Part shown: piece after piece, positions 15,701-29,550 of the stretch
Position numbering within the stretch: the first letter of the stretch is position 1
Layout: each line of letters begins with the position of its first letter
NCBI GenBank assembly: GCA_964016885.1
Contig: OZ024760.1
Span: forward strand, 7,874,001 to 7,938,000
Reading direction: 5' to 3'
Origin: Eledone cirrhosa
Taxonomy: Eukaryota
DNA length: 64,000 nt
Notes under the pieces: generated by a model
Told to the model about the DNA's origin: nothing
Seen by the model: the letters and a program-made list of their open reading frames with translations, nothing else
Database searches by the model: none
Translations under genes and position numbers: made by a program

Positions 15701-16156
15701 ATGATGTAACAAATTAATTAAAGCACTCAACGATATGCAAATCATCCATCGAAGATGTGGTGTCCAGTGGTTGCTGCAACGACGGAGTAAAGTATTTATT
15801 AAACAACAGAAGGCCGGACTGGAAAATATGCTTTAAAATTTTAATTCTGTGAAATCACTATACATATTTCAATAACCCAACCCCCTCATCCAAATATGAT
15901 GTAAGACAGGACGATCACATCAGGCAACTTCGACAGAATTACATAACAGAGTTACGTTGATCCCAAACATATAATGGAAGATAGGGAAAAGAGAATAGGA
16001 AATGAAAATTACTGCCTGTAAAAAGACTGTTATATTGTGAGTAGGTAATGCCATATTTGGATGATGGAGTTGCGCCATCGAAATACATTTAGTGATTTCA
16101 CGGAATTTTAAAGCATATCCTCCAGTACAGCCTTCTGTTGTCGTTTGATATGTATG

Positions 16157-16272
<116 letters not shown>

Positions 16273-16561
16273 TAATGAAATGACAGGAGGCTGGATTTGT
16301 GTAAATCCTTGTGTAAATTTACGTTGAGTACTCTCTATATTAGACGGTTGAACTGCTTTACGTTGAGTACTCTCTATATTACAAGGATTTACACAAATCC
16401 AGCCTCCTGTCATTTCATTATAATATTTAACTCCGTAATAGCACCACCAACTACAAAAACAAAGACGGTTGAACTGCTTTACGTTGAGTACTCTCTATAT
16501 TATTGCATTACGATTGACCATACGGAATAGACCAGCTCTATACAGTGGTGAACCTCAAACC

Positions 16562-16593
<32 letters not shown>

Positions 16594-16646
16594 CGATATT
16601 AAATACGATATTAAATAAATGGAAACTATATTTATAAAACCATATT

Positions 16647-16711
16647 TATTTCATTATACATATTTCAGGGATACCAAATTAAAATATGGTATGCTTTCAT
16701 CAGACAAAATA
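16647..16711 (-). ncRNA. Type I hammerhead ribozyme motif (partly degenerate)
   Basis: ATTTTGT-CTGATGA-aagcATACCA...TGGTATccct-GAAA-TATGTA-TA-ATGAAAT. Confidence 0.62.
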
Positions 16712-16913
16712 CAATATATAAACAGTTTTATAAATAATTTTGACGTACCCTATTAAATGCAGCCATTATTTTTGGAAGCTGTCTGGATAGTGAAATGTTT
16801 ATATTATTTTATTAGTTATAGTATCGTATATCTACTCCAAAAACTTGTCGAGTGCTTTATATCAGTTATAAAATATTTACTTGTTGTATCCCAACAATTT
16901 TAAATAGAACTTT

Positions 16914-16982
<69 letters not shown>

Positions 16983-17410
16983 GAATAATCGAGTATCGGA
17001 AAATCAGCTCACGAATTTACGATAAACAAAATCCGGCATGAGTGGCAGAGGGCTCAATAATTCAGATAAATCAGAGCTATAACTATCGTTAAGATACCAA
17101 CACACAAAGATTATGCCTAAAATCACCCGTGCAGCCGAAAAATAACGACCAGGAAGATTCGCACCAGAGTACTCAATACTTAGGGTAGTAGAGTGGGAAA
17201 TAGGAAAAAGTAAGACCCCGACGGCAGAGTTTTGCCGTCGGGGTCATACTTTTTCCTATATAAATATATATATATATATATATAGAAGTAAATGGTAGTT
17301 TACTTGAAACATTGCGCAGTGAGGTATAAACGTTTGAAGTTAGCAGGCCAGAACATGTATATATATATATATATATAATATAAGATCAAAAGATGGTTAA
17401 AGGAGTTCCA

Positions 17411-17484
17411 TGTATTTTATTATGCGCATTTCAAAAACAAACATCATCATGCAATAATATTTGTGTTTTCATCAGATAAAACAG
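17411..17484 (-). ncRNA. Type I hammerhead ribozyme motif with palindromic stem III
   Basis: TGTTTTAT-CTGATGA-AAACACAAAT...GTTTGTTTTT-GAAA-TGCGCA-TA-ATAAAATA. Confidence 0.75.
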
Positions 17485-17923
17485 GTGAACATGATATGAA
17501 GGCTAAAAAACACTTGTGGATAGTGCAGTTTTAAATCAACATATGAAAAGTGGTTTTAGATTGATGTGTGATATTGGGAAAAATATTTTATTTAGAGAGG
17601 GGGGGGGGGAGGATGAAAAGGGAAGGAGATGAGAGGGAGAGATGGGTGATAGAGAGAAAGAGATAGTTTTTATAACTGAGAGGAGATATATTTTTTACAT
17701 AGAGAGGTTGAAAACCGTTGGAAGATACTGTATAAATTAAAAATTTTGAAAATTAACGAAGGGAGGATATGTGCGAGGAAAAAATATTTTATTTAGGGAG
17801 GGGGGGTGGAAAGGATGAAAAAAAGGGGGAGGAGATGAGAGTGAAGGTGGAGAGGGAGAGATGGGTGATAGAGAGAAAGAGATAGTTTTTATAACTGAGA
17901 AAAAGATTTGAAAACTCACCTCC

Positions 17924-18000
<77 letters not shown>

Positions 18001-18225
18001 CGGGCTGTTTGTTTACAAACAAACCGAACATTATAATAAATGTTCAGTAAACCCATACGTACATATATATATGTGTGCATGTATGTATATATATACATAC
18101 TAATGTGCGTCTGTACACATATATGTATGTACGTATACATACTTATATTTAGGTATCAGCCGTACTAAGAGTGAGAAATGAAATTTCGTTTCATTCTTTT
18201 CCATATATATATATATATATATATA

Positions 18226-18369
18226 TATTTCTGAAGACGGCATATATATGTGTTGGTATGTATATTTAATTTTGATAGTTTGTATAATTTTGTATAATTT
18301 TGTACATAGATCTGTTGAATATGCATGCCAATTCTAACACATATATATCCTAGAAACGAACGTTAAATA
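18226..18369 (+). ncRNA. Hammerhead-like motif with ~115-nt stem II
   Basis: TATTT-CTGAAGA-cggcATATATATGTGTTGG...CTAACACATATATATccta-GAAAC gaac GTT-AAATA. Confidence 0.5.
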
Positions 18370-18568
18370 ATGAACTTTTTTTGTTTAATATAAGGAACTG
18401 TTTCATTGTTTTATTCATTATTTTTTTAACATTTTATCTTGACTCTGTATTCCGTTTATCTTTCACCGAAAGTGATTTTTCATTGCATCTCTTCTTTCCA
18501 TGATATCCGGATTACATTGAGTTCTTCATACGGATTGGACACTACCGTAAACTCTTGGTAGATTTATC

Positions 18569-18610
<42 letters not shown>

Positions 18611-18693
18611 CATAGTATAATAAATCTTTAAGGAATTACAGCAGTCCAGCCTCCTGTCATTTTATAATATATATATATATATAAATACACACA

Positions 18694-18789
<96 letters not shown>

Positions 18790-18799
18790 ATAACACTCA

Positions 18800-19410
18800 A
18801 GATTATAATTATTTAAAGTAGATCTGTAATGTTAATATTCTACAGGTTCCTTAATTTTATAGCAAAAGGAGTAAAGGGTTGACAAGATGGAATTAGTTCG
18901 TTCTTTGCATTTAGTAAGTCAAAATTGGAGGTCAGTTTTTCATACGCCTCTATTAAGCAAAGATTACATTTAGATCGGTTTCCCGCACAGGGCTTTGCTG
19001 TCTTAATCAAAGACCAGCTAGTATTATATCTAACATTATCTTCTTTTATGGTCCATATTAATTTTGCCAGTGAAGTCGTATTCTTCAGCTTCAAGTTTTT
19101 AAATGAATGAGTGTGGGCTTAAAATCTAGTTTTGAACTTATTGGATGTGGTGCCAATGTAGTTAAACCTTTTATCCTTAGTTACCACATCACATTTATAT
19201 ACATCATTTGCTTTAAGGCATTCACCACCAAACGGACAATTACTTGGATTCCTGCAATTGCAATTCACCCTAATGGGGCGACTACTGCTGTTGCTAGTAA
19301 CCTTACTCTTATTCCTATCATCATAGTTATCACTGATATTATTAATCTCACCATAGTCTGTCTTAGTATTTTTTACACTGTCTTTATTATTGATTTGGGT
19401 TATCCCATTA

Positions 19411-19471
<61 letters not shown>

Positions 19472-19735
19472 TAACTTTGCCTTTCATCCTTACGGTGTCA
19501 ATAAAATAAAGTACCAGTAATGTACTGGGTATTTGCTGGCCTTGTGCCAAAAGTAGAAACAATTATTATTATTATTATTATTATTATTATTTTCTTTCAT
19601 TATTGTTTCTGAGATATATGACGAGTGTCTTCCCGACACCTAGGGCAAATAAATTCACAGTGTGCATTGGTAACCCAGTTAATACAGCACATTGATTATA
19701 ATTAAAAAAATATATATATTATTATTATTATTATT

Positions 19736-19782
<47 letters not shown>

Positions 19783-20344
19783 TTTTTTTCATGGTATGAT
19801 TAGTCCTTAGAGTATTAATTGGTGTGTTCTCAATATTGTAAGTGTAGTCCCTATCAGTATTTACAACGTTATTATTATTTTCTGTCTTAGTACTTATATT
19901 ATTTATAGGGGAACTAGTAGTTGTTATTGTTTTACTATTCAATCTGAAGGAATTGATTTTCTTTTTATCATTCATTGCTATATAATCCGCCATATTCGAG
20001 GTTGTAGAGAGAGATAATTTCACATTATTTCTATTATTACCTTATAGTATCAGTGGATAGCGGGGACGTATTTCTCTATTATACTGAAAAACATTTTTGG
20101 TATATTAGAGGCAACTTGAACTCCGAATGGAGGATTAAACCAAATACATTTTTTCTTTCTTAGTTTCCTCCTTATATTACAATTACTTAATTTATTATTC
20201 AATATGTTGTCTATGCCATTACTTACATTAGCAAGTGAGTTTAATATTGAATTGTCCTTTCTTAGGTCAATAATTGGTTTGCTTGATTTACCCTTTTTAT
20301 TCATCACTTTCTTATTTTTATTATCATAGTTTATATTCTTATGT

Positions 20345-20387
<43 letters not shown>

Positions 20388-21501
20388 AAAAGTAAACAGA
20401 AATAACAACACAATCGGTACAGTATATGGAAGGGATATATTAGGTTAACGCTTGATATAGCACGAAGAAGGTCTTAACGTTTCGGACGCTAGTCCTTCAT
20501 CAGAAGAAAGAATGAGAAATAAGATAGATTGAGGGGACGGGCGGGTTGGAATTGGAAAAAATGTCTTTAAGATAAAAATAACAGGTCCATTCATGTTGAC
20601 ATCTCTTGCAAAACTGTTGGTGCTGGCGTTTTGTGTGTCACTATATATGAGATGTACATTTATATGTGTAAACTTTTATCAGTAACTTTATACTTTATTC
20701 GTTCCTTGTAACCTGATCTATACTAGGCCTAATTATAGTAATTTGTATATTGATTAAATACATAAACTTTAGCAAATAGGTTTGTTATTCTGTTCGAGAA
20801 ATTACTAAGTATTGCTTTCTTAATAGAGTTAAAGGTGGTTAGAATGTTTATGTACATAGTACAAAGTTTTGACAGTTTTATGATATGGTGGTCACGTATG
20901 ATTTAAGACTTGTCTTACATCTAAGAAGTTAACTACTTTATCATTATTTTCAATGATCACTTAGATCATACTCATTAAAATATCTATGTATATGTTTTCT
21001 TACTCTCTCTAAAGCAGAATTAGTGTAATTCTCAAATGTAAATAGAGCATCATCGCGGTATAATCCTCCCCCATGGCAGGAAACCTAGCTTTTAATTTAT
21101 CTAAGAGAAACAATCCAAGATCTGTCACTTGGTCGAGTCAATGGATTCCATAGTGACATTGAAGTTATTTGGGCAAACCTTTCTAGCCCATAAATCCCCA
21201 TTAAACTCTATAATAGCTCTTCTAGCTACTAAAATTGTTTTAATTTTAATTTCTGTTATGTCTAAGGTTAGCGGCAAAAGACAAAACTGTATCACGGAGG
21301 GAGAGATAGAAGCATAACAATTAATGTAAAATTGCAGGAATTTCAATTTACTACAATTATTAAGGTTTCTAAAACAACTTATTATGTCGTTAGTGTTTCC
21401 CCAAAGGCTTAACATTATCTTATTTTTGATTTGTCGGACTACTCTATGAAATATATTTTTACTTATTCTACCTATATCTGAAGTAGAAGGACAAATTAGT
21501 C

Positions 21502-21505
<4 letters not shown>
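18800..21505 (-). mobile_element. Decayed Penelope-like element of the same clade as 300-2520, fragmented by microsatellites, a SINE and an HHR island
   Basis: Fragments RLICPSTSDIGRISK, GGLYRDDA (about 21050-21070), CIWFNPPF, KLSLSTTSN, TSLAKLIWTIKE..CNLCLIEA..LLNAKNELIPSC occur in collinear order. Confidence 0.85.
20472..20507 (-). ncRNA. Minimal hammerhead ribozyme motif
   Basis: TCTT-CTGATGA-A-GGAC tagc GTCC-GAAACGTT-AAGA. A degenerate sibling (GAAA to AAAA) lies at 26127-26162. Confidence 0.7.
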
Positions 21506-21598
<93 letters not shown>

Positions 21599-21941
21599 CA
21601 GCTTTCGTATGTGGCGGGCAGAGTCCTCAAACACTCCTTCCAAAGGTCCTGTCAGAAATAACTATCTCTAAATGATCCAGCGCAATCAGCTAGGCTCTTC
21701 TTTCCCCTTCTCCACAAATGTAATTTATTGAATTATAATTATGGAAAAAGAATATGAAATGAAAAAAAAAACAAAAAAACATTTCACTCCATCATAGATG
21801 AAGTGCTTTGACCACTGGGGTTATTGTTAGTGACTTTAGTCACTGGACTACGTCCTTGCTGTGGCATGGATTCACTCCCACTGCACAGAATCCACTAACC
21901 ACTAATTCCCTGTGAGGGAAATTTGGTAGACAAAAACTGTA

Positions 21942-22268
21942 TCAGAAGCCCATACATATACGTCGTAATCGACACCCACAGATATCTTTTGGCGTGTTTG
22001 GTTGCAGTTGTAACGAAAGGTCTATTGCAAGAACAAAGAATGGTAATTGTACGATGCAAAAGCATAAACATTTCTGGTCATTTCCACGGAAATAAAATGA
22101 AGTATTTAGATTACCTACGTAAAAGATCTAATGTAAATCTAAGAGGAGGACCATTCCATTTCAGAGCCTCAAGCAAATTCTTCTGGAGGACAGTTAGAGG
22201 TATGCTTCCTCATAAAATTAAACATGATAAAGATGCTCTAGGCCGACTGAAGGCATTTGAGGGTATTC

Positions 22269-22270
<2 letters not shown>
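21942..22270 (+). pseudogene. RPL13A: Processed pseudogene of 60S ribosomal protein L13a (uL13), 3'-truncated
   Basis: VVID..LL..L..VVTKGLLQ..MVIVRC..INISGHF..NKMKYLDYLRKRSNVN..GPFHFRASSKFFWRTVRGMLPHK...DALGRLKAFEGIP. It is intronless, has many non-conservative changes and ends in (CT)n. Confidence 0.9.
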
Positions 22271-22361
<91 letters not shown>

Positions 22362-22620
22362 ATAAATATAAGTGTGTGGGTGTGTGTATATATCATCATC
22401 ATCATCATCATTTTATGTCCGCTTTTCCCTGCTTGCAAGGGTGGGACGAGAACTGATTATGGCTTGATTTCTACAGCTGGATGCCCTTCCTAACACCAAC
22501 CTCATTTACAGTGAGTGCTGGGTGCTTTTTTGCCGTGGCACCTCCACGACCACTTTGCAGTGGAATGATAGGGACCTCAGTCCCTATCATCTCATTTCTA
22601 CAGCTGAGTAAACTGTGTGG

Positions 22621-22687
<67 letters not shown>

Positions 22688-23043
22688 GAGACAGAGAGAG
22701 AAAGAAATTAAATGTTTGAGAAAACAATGCCAAATTTTTGAATAAATGTATTTAATTCTTTACAATTGTTTTGGAAATCCTATCAACATTCTGTACATAC
22801 AGATGATAATTATCGATTATATAATCGATAATAGAAAATGGTACTAAAAAGAAAAGATTGATATGGTCTCCTTTTCGAAGAGGAGACCATATCAATCCAT
22901 AACATTGCTCTAACATTTAATTTCTATATTAATGCTCTGCTTATACAATTTTTGCTTGACATTTTTTCTCTGGCTTATTCACATTGTTTGCTTGTCTTGC
23001 ATATAATATGCATTGAGTACACTGTACCTTTCCCTACTGGCAT

Positions 23044-23102
<59 letters not shown>

Positions 23103-24492
23103 TTTACGTCCGCTTTTCCCTACTTGCAAGGGTTGGAGGGTCCTATTCAGCACAGTATCTCTCCACTTGTCATGGTCCTTCATCATCTCCTCGGTGAGTT
23201 TCAGCGATCTGAGGTCTGCTCTCACCACCTCTGCCCATGTTTTTCGTGGTCTACCTCTACTGCATCTTCCTTCTACTGGGATTTCTTGGCACTTCTTTAC
23301 TCAGCGGTCAACCCCCATGCGCATCACATGTTCAGCCTTCTCTCCTGCACAACACAACTTATCCCTCTTATACCCAGTTTCTTTCTCAACTCGTCTATGC
23401 TTGGCCATTCACGCACATTGACATTGCACATCCAATGGTGCATACTTGTTTCATTTCTCTCCAGCTTTTGCATATCTTCTGCAGTTACTGCTCATGTCAC
23501 ACTACCATGCAGCATTGCGCATCTCACACAGGCATCATATAACCGTCCTTTCGTATGCAGAGGAAGCAGCTCCCTAAACTTCTTCCAACCCGTCCTTATT
23601 CTAGATACTGTGGCCTCGAAGCACCCCCCTCCCATGCTAATCTGATCACCTAGGTACCGGAAGCTATCAACCACTTCTATAGAACCCACCTGCATTGGAA
23701 AAATGTGTCTATCACTGAGATTACTACTGCCAACTTTCCCTGTACATCTACTGCATACGTAGTTTTCCCTACCTGTTAGTTTGCCTGCTATTCCACTACA
23801 TCTCTTGTGTACCCAAGATCTGCATTGCGTACATTTTATGGAATTTATGCCAGTTCCTTTCCTACATATTGAACATGGCCATTTCCCCGATTGAATCAGA
23901 GTATAGTCCTCTCTTCTACTTATCAACACTTTTGTTTTAGCTATGTTCACCCTCAGGCTTCTTGGTTCCAACTGCTGTTTCCATAGCCAGAATTTATTCT
24001 CTAGCTCCTCTACTGATTCTGCTATAAGAATCAGATCATCAGTATAGAGAAGTTCCCATGGGCATCCAGTCTTAAACTCCTCTGTTATGGCTTGGAGGAC
24101 TATAATGAACAAGAGTGGGCTGAGGACCGAACCCTGATGTACACCTACTTGTATCTGAAAATCCCCACTAAACTCCATTCCTACTCTCACTTTACTGACA
24201 GCACTTCTGTACATAGCTTGCACTGTCCTCACAAGCCATTCCTCAACACCTAGATTCCTTAGGGACCACTAGATGATCGGAGTACCCTATCAAAGGCCTT
24301 CTCTAGATCAACAAAAGCTAAGTATAGTGGCTTATTCTTCTCTAAGAACCTCTCTTGTAGTTGCCTCACCAAGAAGAGGGCATCTGTTGTACTTTTCCGA
24401 GGCACAAAACCAAACTGCATCTCATCTAATTTGACCCTTTCTCTAATCAGTTGCACTAATATTCTCTCTGCCACTTTCATAACCTGATCCAT
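23044..24492 (-). mobile_element. RTE-clade LINE, 5'-truncated, with (GAT)n tail
   Basis: QFGF, FVDLEKAFDRV, GVHQGSVLSPLLF, LLYTDDL, FRYLG; 3' GRPRKTW region; CAT/GAT repeat tail. Confidence 0.92.
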
Positions 24493-24559
24493 TATTTACC
24501 TTCCTAGTCTCTCCTCCTTGATTAGTTTGTATGCATAATTTTGATATGTATATATATAC

Positions 24560-24623
<64 letters not shown>

Positions 24624-24784
24624 GTATCATCATCATCATCAACGTTTAACGTCCGTGTTCCACGCTTGCATGGGTTTGGACGGGGGTAGTCCCACTTGAG
24701 GCAAGAGTGATTTTCTTGCTCGCATTGGACTGTCTGGCAGGTTTTCTACAGTTGGATGCCCTTCCTAACACCAACCACATTTAC

Positions 24785-24949
<165 letters not shown>

Positions 24950-25778
24950 TATACATATATACACACACACGCACACACACATATATATATGTGTGTGTGT
25001 GTGTGTCTGTGTATGTATTTATGTAAAAGCAAACAGAAATGTCACTCTCTCTTTTTCTGTGTCTCTGCCCGCCTGTCTGTTTCACTCTCCCTAATCACAA
25101 CACATGCAAGTTATATGTTTAAAGGTCACACCCCAGCTAGATAAAAAGGAAACCCACCTTACATTGCTAGGTCATATTTTTATCTTCAGCTAACCAACAC
25201 ACACTTTAATTCTCTCAAGTGGATTTCATCTGGGACCTTTATCATTCAGAAGTTAGAAGGAAAAAGAAAACGACCCCCCCCCCCCAAAAAAAAACCACAG
25301 GTGTTGAAATGTACATATATACTAGATAGCCTACCTGGTATTTCCAGGGAAATAAAGCATCTGTTTGATGGTTGTTGTTTTTTTCTAATGATAATCATGG
25401 CAATCCTATATAATTGTTTTTATTATTTCAAACGCAAAAAAATATTTGTAGAGTTTGTAACAGAAACACAATTTTTATATTATTTCTAAATATTTTACTT
25501 ACATTTCCATAACCCACTACCTAACAAAATAACATAAAGGCATTCCATCCATGACAATCCAGTCAATATATACATATATAGCAAATTTATTGTGTATATA
25601 TATATAAATTGGGAGCCCCTACATGGACACACTAGAAGAGGAAGACCAAGGTTAACATATGTTGATGCCCTAAGGACAGACACTGGTCTGTTGGAGATGC
25701 AGGATATGGCAGCGATAATGAGGGACAGAGACCGCTGGAGAGAACTCGTCCATGGATCTCGGGAATTTTACCCGCCTT

Positions 25779-25832
<54 letters not shown>

Positions 25833-26501
25833 GTCTGTGTGTGTGTGTAAAAGTAAAAACACAAATAACAAAACAAATGGCACAGTACATAGAAGAAATA
25901 CATTAGTTTAACCCTTTTCCATTTACATTACTCTATATATGCTATTGTATTTTTGTGGTAAAGACTTTATCTCACATAATTATCTCACATGATATCGAAT
26001 CAATGAGATTTTTATACTATTTATTTTGAGAACAATACCTTAACATAAGTATGAGCAGCTGGCTACAGCCAACTGGCCGGATATGGCCGGTTTAAATGCT
26101 AATGGGTTAATGCTTGAAATAGCATGTCTCAACGTTTTGGACACTAGTCTGTCATCAGAAGATAGTTAGAAATAGAAGATAAATAGAAAGTAAAGAGTGA
26201 AAAATTGGGGAGAAAAATACATATGGAAAGCACTCGACATAATGCAACTCACCCATCTTTGTTTGTGTTGTTGGTGGTCCATTCATGTTGGCCTCTCTTG
26301 TAGAAATATTAAAATTACTGTAAATACAGTTGATTGGTATAAATAATAGCTAAGAAAATTGGGTAAAATACTCCTATGGAAGGAGAAAAAGTGGTTAGTA
26401 GGTGCTCCTTCATACTTCTCAAGTCCCAGCTCCTAACAACAACCGCTCTCTAAATAGAAGATTAAACAAACAGTCTGACTGTAAACAACAGCCTGTCAAA
26501 G

Positions 26502-26711
26502 TTAACCCTTTAGCATCTAAACTGGTCATATCCAGCCAGAATTCTCTCACCTCTTTCTGTTCAAACTGGCCATAACTGGCTGCTCATACTGATGCTAAAG
26601 TATTGTTCTCAAAATAAATAATATCAAAATCTCATAGATTCGATATTATGTGAGATAATTATGTGTAAATACAATAGTATATATAGAGTAATGTAAATGG
26701 TAAAGGGTTAA
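26502..26711. mobile_element. piggyBac-like ~200-bp MITE; related copies at 25908-26110, 54150-54352, 54646-54861, 55759-55990; a different TTAA MITE at 42185-42420
   Basis: TTAA-CCCTT...AAGGG-TTAA ends and a shared internal sequence. Confidence 0.75.
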
Positions 26712-26955
26712 ACTACCAGAGCATGGAGTAGAACAAAATTCCTAGAAAATGTAGAAATATCAAACATGGAAGATTACTGCAATTACAGTTCTTCTTCTTC
26801 TTCTTCTTCTTCTTCTTCTTCTTCTTCTTCTTCTTCTTCTCCTCCTTCTCCTTCTCCTCCATGACCCCTCTTTCCTCTCTTTTTTCTTTTTACTCTTTAC
26901 TGTTTTAAAAATACACCAATAACCAACATCAGTTTCTTTTCAATTTTACTTACAG

Positions 26956-27304
26956 TGGTGGTCGATGAAGTTGAAGCACTGTATCCGATAAAATACAGTT
27001 TGGAACTTGAGCCAGACACAACTTCAGGAACAGTATATGGACACATGGAGTTGCTAATGCTATGTACTAACACCACTGATAAGGTTGTGTTTGACAGCAA
27101 AGGTATTTACCCGATCAAAGAATCTGTGGTGATTTCCCAAACCACTTCTCACCAGAATTTAGCATTTCTGTTGACTGTCGAGGACCAAACCCTTACTTTC
27201 CATATCGTCGATTCTACATTCCAAGTCGGGTTTAATTACACGATTTCATTGGATTACGATGCATATATCAATTATCAACCACTGGGAATTTTCCAAAAGG
27301 GGCC
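26956..27304 (+). CDS. M1 aminopeptidase exon 2 (N-terminal beta-domain)
   Basis: ttacttacAG acceptor. LYPIKYSLELEP...GTVYGHMELLMLCTNTTDKVVFDSK...YTISLDYDAYINYQPLGIFQ is a typical M1 domain I pattern. GTAAGT donor at 27305; phase 1 in, phase 2 out. Confidence 0.85.
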
Positions 27305-27624
27305 GTAAGTATCAAAGAAGTTTTCTATACCCTCCTTAGCCCTTTTGTATGTTTTATCAGAAACAGAGTCATAAAAGGATTAACTCCTTCATTTTCATTG
27401 AGAAAGGAATGCAGCGATAAAAAGTAGAAAGGAATTCTATAAACTCTTCCCTAATGGTGTCTTTTATAACAACATTCATTTTGTGTATGTTTTAATAAGT
27501 TGTTGGGTAGGTAGAGGGTGAGGGGACGGAACTGATTGTCAGATCATCATCATAATCATCATCTGGTTTAACATTTTCTTTACTTATCACAAGCATTGGA
27601 CGTTAAATCAAACCAAGGAAACAA

Positions 27625-28892
27625 TATTTACATTGTTCTTTCAATTGCTGATAATGTCTGTTAGTCACAACTTCTGACAGAAGAAAGGAGCTGATCATCA
27701 CACCAGACCAATGAAACAATGTTTCCATTGGTCTTTCCATTGCTGATACTATCTGCCAGTCACAACTCCTGACAGAAGAAAGGAGCTGATCATCAGACCA
27801 ATGAAACAATGTTTCCATTGGTCTTTCCATTGCTGATACTATCTGCCAGTCACAACTCCTGACAGAAGAAAGGAGCTGATCATCAGACCAGACCAATGAA
27901 ACAATGTTTCCATTGGTCTTTCCATTGCTGATACTATCTGCCAGTCACAACTCCTGACAGAAGAAAGGAGCTGATCATCAGACCAATGAAACAATGTTTC
28001 CATTGGTCTTTCCATTGCTGATACTATCTGCCAGTCACAACTCCTGACAGAAGAAAGGAGCTGATCATCAGACCAGACCAATGAAACAATGTTTCCATTG
28101 GTCTTTCCATTGCTGATACTATCTGCCAGTCACAACTCCTGACAGAAGAAAGGAGCTGATCATCAGACCAATGAAACAATGTTTCCATTGGTCTTTCCAT
28201 TGCTGATACTATCTGCCAGTCACAACTCCTGACAGAAGAAAGGAGCTGATCATCACACCAGACCAATGAAACAATGTTTCCATTGGTCTTTCCATTGCTG
28301 ATACTATCTGCCAGTCACAACTCCTGACAGAAGAAAGGAGCTGATCATCAGACCAGACCAATGAAACAATGTTTCCATTGGTCTTTCCATTGCTGATACT
28401 ATCTGCCAGTCACAACTCCTGACAGAAGAAAGGAGCTGATCATCAGACCAGACCAATGAAACAATGTTTCCATTGGTCTTTCCATTGCTGATACTATCTG
28501 CCAGTCACAACTCCTGACAGAAGAAAGGAGCTGATCATCAGACCAGACCAATGAAACAATGTTTCCATTGGTCTTTCCATTGCTGATACTATCTGCCAGT
28601 CACAACTCCTGACAGAAGAAAGGAGCTGATCATCAGACCAATGAAACAATGTTTCCATTGGTCTTTCCATTGCTGATACTATCTGCCAGTCACAACTCCT
28701 GACAGAAGAAAGGAGCTGATCATCAGACCAATGAAACAATGTTTCCATTGGTCTTTCCATTGCTGATACTATCTGCCAGTCACAACTCCTGACAGAAGAA
28801 AGGAGCTGATCATCACACCAGACCAATGAAACAATGTTTCCATTGGTCTTTCCATTGCTGATACTATCTGCCAGTCACAACTCCTGACAGAA
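27625..28892. repeat. 90/95-bp minisatellite (~13 units)
   Basis: GACCAATGAAACAATGTTTCCATTGGTC...GGAGCTGATCATCA unit. Confidence 0.97.
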
Positions 28893-29009
28893 AGGAGCTG
28901 AAAGGCAAAGTTAACCTTGGCGGGATTTGAACACAGAATGTTCAATGAGGTGGGACAAATAGCGTAAATCTTTCTATCCAACTCCTTAATGACTCTGCCA
29001 ATTTGCCGC

Positions 29010-29069
<60 letters not shown>

Positions 29070-29194
29070 AGAGTAAACATTGATGCAATTCAATTCAAGC
29101 ACTCAACGTACTTTTTCCACATAGGAGTGACGGAGTAAATATCGAATAAGGAAAAGCGAAGTAGTTTCAGATGTTCAAGTCCTTTAATAATAAT

Positions 29195-29268
29195 GCTGTG
29201 ATATATATTTCAGTGACGACACTGGCCACACTGTTCTGTGTGCGAGTGTTGTGTCATCATCAGACAGC
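29195..29268 (-). ncRNA. Type I hammerhead ribozyme motif with extended stem II
   Basis: GCTGT-CTGATGA-TGAC...GTCAct-GAAA-TATATA-TC-ACAGC. Confidence 0.68.
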
Positions 29269-29362
29269 TTGTTACATAATAAGGTTATGTTTCCGAGGCA
29301 ATCTAAATTGTCGATCCAATTTGGATTGCCTCGGAAACATAACCTTATTATGTGGATTGGCC

Positions 29363-29550
29363 GTGGATTGGCAGTATCGGTAGAGGGTCGGACGCCATGC
29401 TTTCCAGCATAGTTACGTCCCTTTACGATCTGAGTTCAAATCCCGCCGAGGTTGACTTTGCCTTTCATCCTTACGGGGTCGATAAAATAAAGTACCTGTA
29501 ATGAACTGGTGATTGCTGGCCTTGTGCCTAAAGTAGAAACAATTATTATT
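29363..29550 (+). mobile_element. SINE family B with (ATT)n tail; other copies at 43030-43218, 45944-46128, 46306-46503, 51981-52186, 53740-53878, 60707-60897 (-), 19470-19590 (partial)
   Basis: GGATTGGCAGTATCGGTAGAG head, GAGTTCAAATCCC B box, TTTGCCTTTCATCCTTACGGGGTCGATAAAATAAAGTACC body. At least 8 copies in the window. Confidence 0.85.

Noticed and set aside
27625-28892. Regular repeats superficially like a CRISPR array (also 56203-59232 and 9450-10037)
   Set aside because: Units are contiguous with no unique spacers, the context is eukaryotic, and there are no cas genes.
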